Assembly: GCA_002405515.1 (NCBI GenBank)
Contig: DHLZ01000040.1
Location: 1-38,893 of the forward strand
Direction: 5' to 3'
Length of the DNA stretch: 38,893 nucleotides
Source: Planctomycetaceae bacterium UBA4655
GTDB lineage: Bacteria; Planctomycetota; Planctomycetia; Pirellulales; UBA1268
This document shows, piece by piece, positions 34,516 to 38,893 of this stretch. Every line of letters begins with the position of its first letter. Position 1 is the first letter of the stretch. Both the position numbers and the translations under genes were made by a program. The notes beneath the pieces are model-generated. The model saw only the letters and a program-made list of their open reading frames with translations, had not been told where the DNA came from and ran no database searches.

Positions 34516-36102
34516 CTACCGGCCGGCGGCGCCGCCGTCGCCCCGCCGCAGCCGGGCGAAGAGACTTCGGTAGTCGCCAGGACGCACCGCGAAGATCGAG
34601 CGATTCACGTCGTCGGTTGCGACGTGCTCGTCGTCCTCGATGACGACCATGTCGGAGTCGTCGATCGAGGCCGTTGGAGAGGCCGCCGTCGGAGAGGCTG
34701 CCGTCGGAGAGGCCGCCGTTGGAGAGGCTGCCGCCCGCAGCGGCTCGGCCCCACGATCCATCGCCCGCGACGATCGTCCCGCGGCCGGGGAGGCCGCCTC
34801 CGCCCGCTCCCACGCCTCGATTCGTCCGGCGAGGTCGGTCCCCTCGCGGCTGGCCACGTGGAGCCGGTCCCGGAAGTCGTCTGGGCCGCGAACGAGGAAC
34901 CGTTCGGCGACCGGCTCCTGCGAGTCGAAATACGCCTCGAACGGATCGTCGGCGGGGTCGAAGACGAGTTCGACCTCCGGCCCGCTCCACGGGTCGCCCG
35001 CGGCCGTCTCGAAGGCGGCCGTGTCCGACGACGGCCCGCTGGTGTCGGCTGCCCGACGGTCCTCCACGAACGCCGCTGCGGCGAACGTCGCCGGCACGGG
35101 GCCGCGACCGTCACCGCCAGAACCGCTCTCCGGAACATCGTGCCGCAGGAGCAGTTCGTCATCGAGCGAGCCGAACTCGATCGCGGTTCCTCCATCGCCG
35201 TCGAAGCTGGCGGAAGGTTCGACGCGTTCCACCTCAGTGGCAACGGGCTCTTCGGAGCCGGGCGTGGTCGCCGCGAACGCCGCCGGCGATGGGCTTGGCA
35301 GCTGCTGAATCTGCCGCCAGGCCTCCTCGATGTCGCGGGTCGCAATCCTGTTTCGGCCCTGCTCCTGCGCCCGCACGAGGGCGTGGTCGCACACCTGGTT
35401 GACGAGCCTCGGCACGCCATCGGTGATCGTGAAGACGGCGTCGTCGCAGCCGGGTTCGAACGTGGCATCCCAGTTCATCGACGCCGCGGCGCACTGCGAA
35501 CGCAGGTAGGCGACCGTCTCGGCGTGGTCGAGCGGCTCGAGGTAGCCGCGTACCGCGATCCGCTGGGCGAGCGGCTCCATCCTCGGCGAGGCGAGCCGCT
35601 CCTCGAGGTCGGTCGTGCCGGCGAGCACGACATGCACCGCCGGCAGGGGCGTGGGCACGTTCGAGAGGAGCCGCAGCTCTTCGAGGAGGCGGATCGGCAG
35701 CGTGTGCGCCTCGTCCACGAGGATCACGAGGCCCGAGCCGGTGGCGGAGAGCCCGCGGATCCGCTCGAGCACGCCGATCCTGAGGTCGGCCTCGTCGATG
35801 CCGCGGTAGGGCTCGCCGAGCTCCGCGAGGATCGACTGCCAGAGGGCCCGCCGGGTGCAGATCCTGGCGCCCGTGAGCAGCGCGACTTCGAAGTCGTCGC
35901 GGACCTGCTCCGCGATGACGGCAAGCAGGAGCGACTTGCCCGTGCCCGGACCGCCGACCACCATGCCGATCCCCTCGCTGCGACGGATCGCCCGCTCGAG
36001 GTTGACCCGTGCCGCATCGATCACCCGCGACGGGAAGTAGAAGGCCGTCCGAGGCGAGGCGAGGAAAGGGCGGGTGGAACGCGGTCGCGCAGGTGAAGGC
36101 AT
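34516..36102 (-). CDS. ExeA/GspA-like AAA ATPase with an acidic low-complexity C-terminus
   Basis: RPFLASP...YFP, Walker A GGPGTGKS, Walker B ILVDEAH, LEELRLL and TDGVPRLVNQVCDHAL. Start trimmed to ATG 36102. Confidence 0.88.
   Translation of the reverse strand: MPSPARPRSTRPFLASPRTAFYFPSRVIDAARVNLERAIRRSEGIGMVVGGPGTGKSLLLAVIAEQVRDDFEVALLTGARICTRRALWQSILAELGEPYRGIDEADLRIGVLERIRGLSATGSGLVILVDEAHTLPIRLLEELRLLSNVPTPLPAVHVVLAGTTDLEERLASPRMEPLAQRIAVRGYLEPLDHAETVAYLRSQCAAASMNWDATFEPGCDDAVFTITDGVPRLVNQVCDHALVRAQEQGRNRIATRDIEEAWRQIQQLPSPSPAAFAATTPGSEEPVATEVERVEPSASFDGDGGTAIEFGSLDDELLLRHDVPESGSGGDGRGPVPATFAAAAFVEDRRAADTSGPSSDTAAFETAAGDPWSGPEVELVFDPADDPFEAYFDSQEPVAERFLVRGPDDFRDRLHVASREGTDLAGRIEAWERAEAASPAAGRSSRAMDRGAEPLRAAASPTAASPTAASPTAASPTASIDDSDMVVIEDDEHVATDDVNRSIFAVRPGDYRSLFARLRRGDGGAAGR
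34670..34729. repeat. 15-bp tandem repeat, four copies, encoding (AASPT)4
   Basis: GCCGTYGGAGAGGCY four times, in frame within the ExeA-like gene. Confidence 0.92.
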
Positions 36103-36278
36103 GAAGGTATGTCCGAAGGAATCGCGTCGGGCCGGCAACGGAACCGACCCGAAACATCGTTTCGGCCTTTGACCGCGGCTTCCTCCAGCCCACGACCGCC
36201 CCGTAGACTTTTCCGCACGGGCAAGAGTCCCTTGGCGGAAACGGTGGCGACGAGTCTGACGATGGAGGCGGTCCGACC

Positions 36279-37037
36279 GTGAACGACGAAAGAAAAAAGC
36301 CGCCGGTGTTTCGCGTGAAGATCTGCGGGATCACCACGCCCGCCGACGCCTGCTTCGTCGTCGAGGCCGCGCGGCGGCACGCGGCCGCTCCCGGCACGAT
36401 CGCCATCGGGATCAACTTCGTGCCCGGCTCGCCGAGGGCCGTCGGAATCGATGCGGCCCGTGCGATCCGCGACGCCACGCCCGACGACATCGGATGCGTC
36501 GGGGTCTTCGCCGGGTTCGAGCCGGCCATGATGCGGGAGACGGCGGCCGCGGTCGGGCTCGATGCCATCCAGCTCCATGGCCCGCTCTCATCGGAGGAGC
36601 CGTTCGCGGCCGACCCGCCGCAGCGGTGCGGGGAACTCTCGCCGCTGCGGGTGATCCGGGCGGCGCGGCTCGAGGCCGGCGGCCTCTCCGCGGCACGAGC
36701 GTGGCTCGACCGCGCGATCGGCTCGGGCGCGGCTCCCGCGATGATGCTCGTCGATGCCGCGGTCGCGCGTGGAACGCCGGCCGGCCGGCTCGGCGGCAGC
36801 GGAGATGCGGTGGACTGGAGGACGCTTGCCCGGCAGGAGCCGCTCGGCGTCGCGACGGCGCTTGCCGGCGGCCTGACGCCGGAGAATCTCGAACGTGCCC
36901 TCCGTGAGTCGCGAGGCCCTTTCTCGATCGAGGCCGTTGACACGGCCAGTGGCGTGGAGCGGCGGCCGGGGCTCAAGGACCCCGCGAAAGTCGGGGCATT
37001 CATCGCGGCCGCCCTGCGGGCCCTCGCGGTTGGCTGA
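36279..37037 (+). CDS. trpF: N-(5'-phosphoribosyl)anthranilate isomerase
   Basis: VKICGIT, GINFVPGSPR, VGVF, IQLHG, GGSG, LAGGLTPEN and VDTASGVE...KD motifs. GGAGG ribosome-binding site. Confidence 0.93.
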   Translation: MNDERKKPPVFRVKICGITTPADACFVVEAARRHAAAPGTIAIGINFVPGSPRAVGIDAARAIRDATPDDIGCVGVFAGFEPAMMRETAAAVGLDAIQLHGPLSSEEPFAADPPQRCGELSPLRVIRAARLEAGGLSAARAWLDRAIGSGAAPAMMLVDAAVARGTPAGRLGGSGDAVDWRTLARQEPLGVATALAGGLTPENLERALRESRGPFSIEAVDTASGVERRPGLKDPAKVGAFIAAALRALAVG

Positions 37038-37137
37038 CCTGCGCTTTTGCAGCGTCCCGGGGGCCTGTGCGGACCGGGGCGGGCGGCTACACTACGCGTG
37101 TCGGAACCCTTCGCCGTGCGAACGGAAGCCTCCCACA

Positions 37138-37164
37138 CGGAAGCCCGAGGCGCAAGCCGAGAGG
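37138..37164. repeat. REP-like repeat copy in the ahcY leader
   Basis: CGGAAGCCCGAGGCGCAAGCCGAGAGG, preceded by a partial duplicate ACGGAAGCC at 37122-37130. Confidence 0.9.
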
Positions 37165-37259
37165 AAAGCCGACTTCCAGCCGCTCGCAGCTCTGCCTTCC
37201 AAAATTCTGTCCGAATTTCCCGTCCTTCGTTCCCGGTATCCCGTTCAAGGAGGTCCCCC

Positions 37260-38573
37260 GTGTCTCACGTCGAAACTCGCCTGCCCTACAAGGTCGCCGA
37301 TCTCTCGCTCGCCGAATGGGGCCGCAAGGAGATCATGCTGGCGGAAAACGAGATGCCGGGCCTCATGGCGCTGCGGCAGAAGTACGGCAAGTCGAAGCCG
37401 CTGGCGGGCGCCCGGATCGCCGGCTGCCTCCACATGACGATCCAGACCGCCGTTCTCATCGAGACGCTCAAGGAACTCGGGGCCGAGGTCACCTGGAGCA
37501 GCTGCAATATCTTCTCCACGCAGGACCACGCCGCCGCGGCCATCGCGAAGGCCGGCATCCCGGTCTACGCCTGGAAGGGGATGAACAATGAGGAGTTCGA
37601 CTGGTGCATCGAGCAGACGCTCTTCTTCCCCGACGGCGAGCCGCTCAACATGATCCTCGACGACGGCGGCGACCTGACGGCGATGGTGCACCAGAAGTTT
37701 CCCGAGCTGCTCGGCGGCATCCGCGGGCTCTCGGAGGAGACGACCACGGGCGTCCACCGGCTCTACCAGATGCATGAGAACGGCGAGCTGAAGCTCCCGG
37801 CGATCAACGTCAACGACTCCTGCACGAAGAGCAAGTTCGACAATTTGTATGGCTGCCGAGAGAGCCTCGCCGACGGCATCAAGCGGGCCACCGACGTGAT
37901 GGTGGCCGGCAAGATCGTGGTCGTGGCGGGCTACGGCGACGTGGGCAAGGGCTGCGCCCACGCGATGAAGGCCCTCGGGGCCCGCGTGATCGTGACCGAG
38001 ATCGACCCGATCAACGCCCTGCAGGCGGTGATGGAAGGCTATGAAGTCACCACGATGGAGGAGGCCGCCGCCCGCGGCCAGATCTTCGTGACGGCCACCG
38101 GCTGCCGCGACGTCATCCGCGGCGAGCACATCAAGCAGATGCCCAACGACGCCATCATCTGCAACATCGGGCACTTCGATCTGGAGATCGACGTCGCCTG
38201 GCTCGAGAACACGAAGGGCGTCAAGAAGGTCGAGATCAAGCCGCAGGTGGACCGCTACACGCTCCCGAGCGGCAACTCGGTGATCGTGCTGGCCGAGGGC
38301 CGGCTCGTGAACCTCGGCTGCGCGACCGGCCACCCGTCGTTCGTGATGAGCACGAGCTTCACCAACCAGGTGCTCGCGCAGCTCGCCCTCTGGCAGGAGA
38401 GCGAGAAGTACGATGTGGGCGTCCACCTGCTTCCCAAGAAGCTCGACGAGGAGGTCGCCCGGCTCCACCTCGACAAGCTCGGCGTGAAGCTCACGAAGCT
38501 CACGAAGGAGCAGGCCGAGTATCTCCACGTGCCCGTGGAAGGCCCGTTCAAGCCGGAATACTATCGGTACTGA
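37260..38573 (+). CDS. ahcY: Adenosylhomocysteinase (SAH hydrolase)
   Basis: [43 protein letters not shown] and NLGCATGHP motifs. GTG 37260 with AAGGAGGT ribosome-binding site. Confidence 0.98.
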   Translation: MSHVETRLPYKVADLSLAEWGRKEIMLAENEMPGLMALRQKYGKSKPLAGARIAGCLHMTIQTAVLIETLKELGAEVTWSSCNIFSTQDHAAAAIAKAGIPVYAWKGMNNEEFDWCIEQTLFFPDGEPLNMILDDGGDLTAMVHQKFPELLGGIRGLSEETTTGVHRLYQMHENGELKLPAINVNDSCTKSKFDNLYGCRESLADGIKRATDVMVAGKIVVVAGYGDVGKGCAHAMKALGARVIVTEIDPINALQAVMEGYEVTTMEEAAARGQIFVTATGCRDVIRGEHIKQMPNDAIICNIGHFDLEIDVAWLENTKGVKKVEIKPQVDRYTLPSGNSVIVLAEGRLVNLGCATGHPSFVMSTSFTNQVLAQLALWQESEKYDVGVHLLPKKLDEEVARLHLDKLGVKLTKLTKEQAEYLHVPVEGPFKPEYYRY

Positions 38574-38643
38574 TCGCTTCCTAGAGGTATTGATCGCTTC
38601 CTAGAGTTACTGATCGCTTCGCTCGGGGCGGTACTGATCGCTC
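38566..38643 (+). repeat. 20-bp tandem repeat of the ahcY 3' end and stop codon (three copies plus one partial)
   Basis: GGTACTGATCGCTTCCTAGA at 38566; variants at 38586 and 38606; partial GGTACTGATCGCT at 38630. Confidence 0.9.
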
Positions 38644-38679
38644 GGGCGCAAGTTGCGCTGCGTGTTCGCTCATTTGCTG

Positions 38680-38874
38680 CCCGGAAGCCCGAGGCGCAAG
38701 TTTCCCTGCATGCTGGTTCCATTGGTTCCCGGAAGCCCGAGGCGCAAGTTCCCCTGCATGCTGGTTCCATTGGTTCCCGGAAGCCCGAGGCGCAAGCCGA
38801 GAGGGATGTTGACGTGGCGATCACTCACGGGGCTTTCCTCAACTCCCCTCTCGGCTTGCGCCTCGGGCTTCCGG
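38680..38874. repeat. REP/REPIN-like cluster: 48-bp tandem units plus an inverted pair
   Basis: Units start at 38680, 38728 and 38776 (period 48, one mismatch between the first two). 38777-38805 is the perfect 29-bp reverse complement of 38846-38874, with a 40-nt spacer. Confidence 0.92.
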
Positions 38875-38893
38875 TTGAGGCGGCATCCGGTTG

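Noticed and set aside
37038-37259. SAH riboswitch upstream of ahcY
   Set aside because: I could not find the conserved SAH riboswitch elements; the obvious structure here is the REP-like copy. An Rfam scan would be decisive.
37260-38573. Functional link between ahcY and the island methyltransferases
   Set aside because: ahcY is a housekeeping gene about 14 kb from the radical SAM gene, outside the island and in a separate transcription unit.
38566-38805. Possible mini-CRISPR array
   Set aside because: The would-be spacers are near-identical tandem units, the repeat is dispersed elsewhere as a REP-like element, and no cas genes are in the window.

Overview
High-GC bacterial chromosomal segment, most likely from a planctomycete (long PilM with lineage-typical downstream genes, TMTC-like glycosyltransferases, ExeA-like ATPase). 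This taxonomic call is inferred from gene content only. Left to right: (1) a minus-strand GH38-like/cmk/plsC operon, divergent from a pilM operon with three hypothetical genes; (2) a vapBC toxin-antitoxin pair; (3) a ~16 kb, visibly less GC-rich surface-glycan island (about 11.6-27.7 kb) with GDP-heptose genes (gmhB, hddC, hddA), a Cj1427-like C4-dehydrogenase next to an L-2-hydroxyglutarate oxidase, a miniature TPP E1 alpha/beta pair, a His-type (ColD-like) PLP dehydratase, a B12 radical SAM enzyme, an Fcl-like reductase, FkbM, a flippase, several glycosyltransferases (GTs) and a frameshifted GT2 pseudogene; (4) three GT-C-type membrane glycosyltransferases and a polyprenol-phosphate mannose synthase; (5) exeA-like, trpF and ahcY. 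A dispersed REP-like hairpin repeat (core GGAAGCCCGAGGCGCAAGCCGAG) occurs about ten times, including inside coding sequence, and several short tandem duplications sit at gene ends. The best candidate for an undescribed system is the heptose-modification pathway, predicted to make a branched, deoxy or methylated higher-carbon sugar with its own 2-oxoglutarate/2-hydroxyglutarate redox loop. No rRNA, tRNA, CRISPR array, integrase or transposase was recognised. All family assignments come from motif recognition by eye, not database searches.
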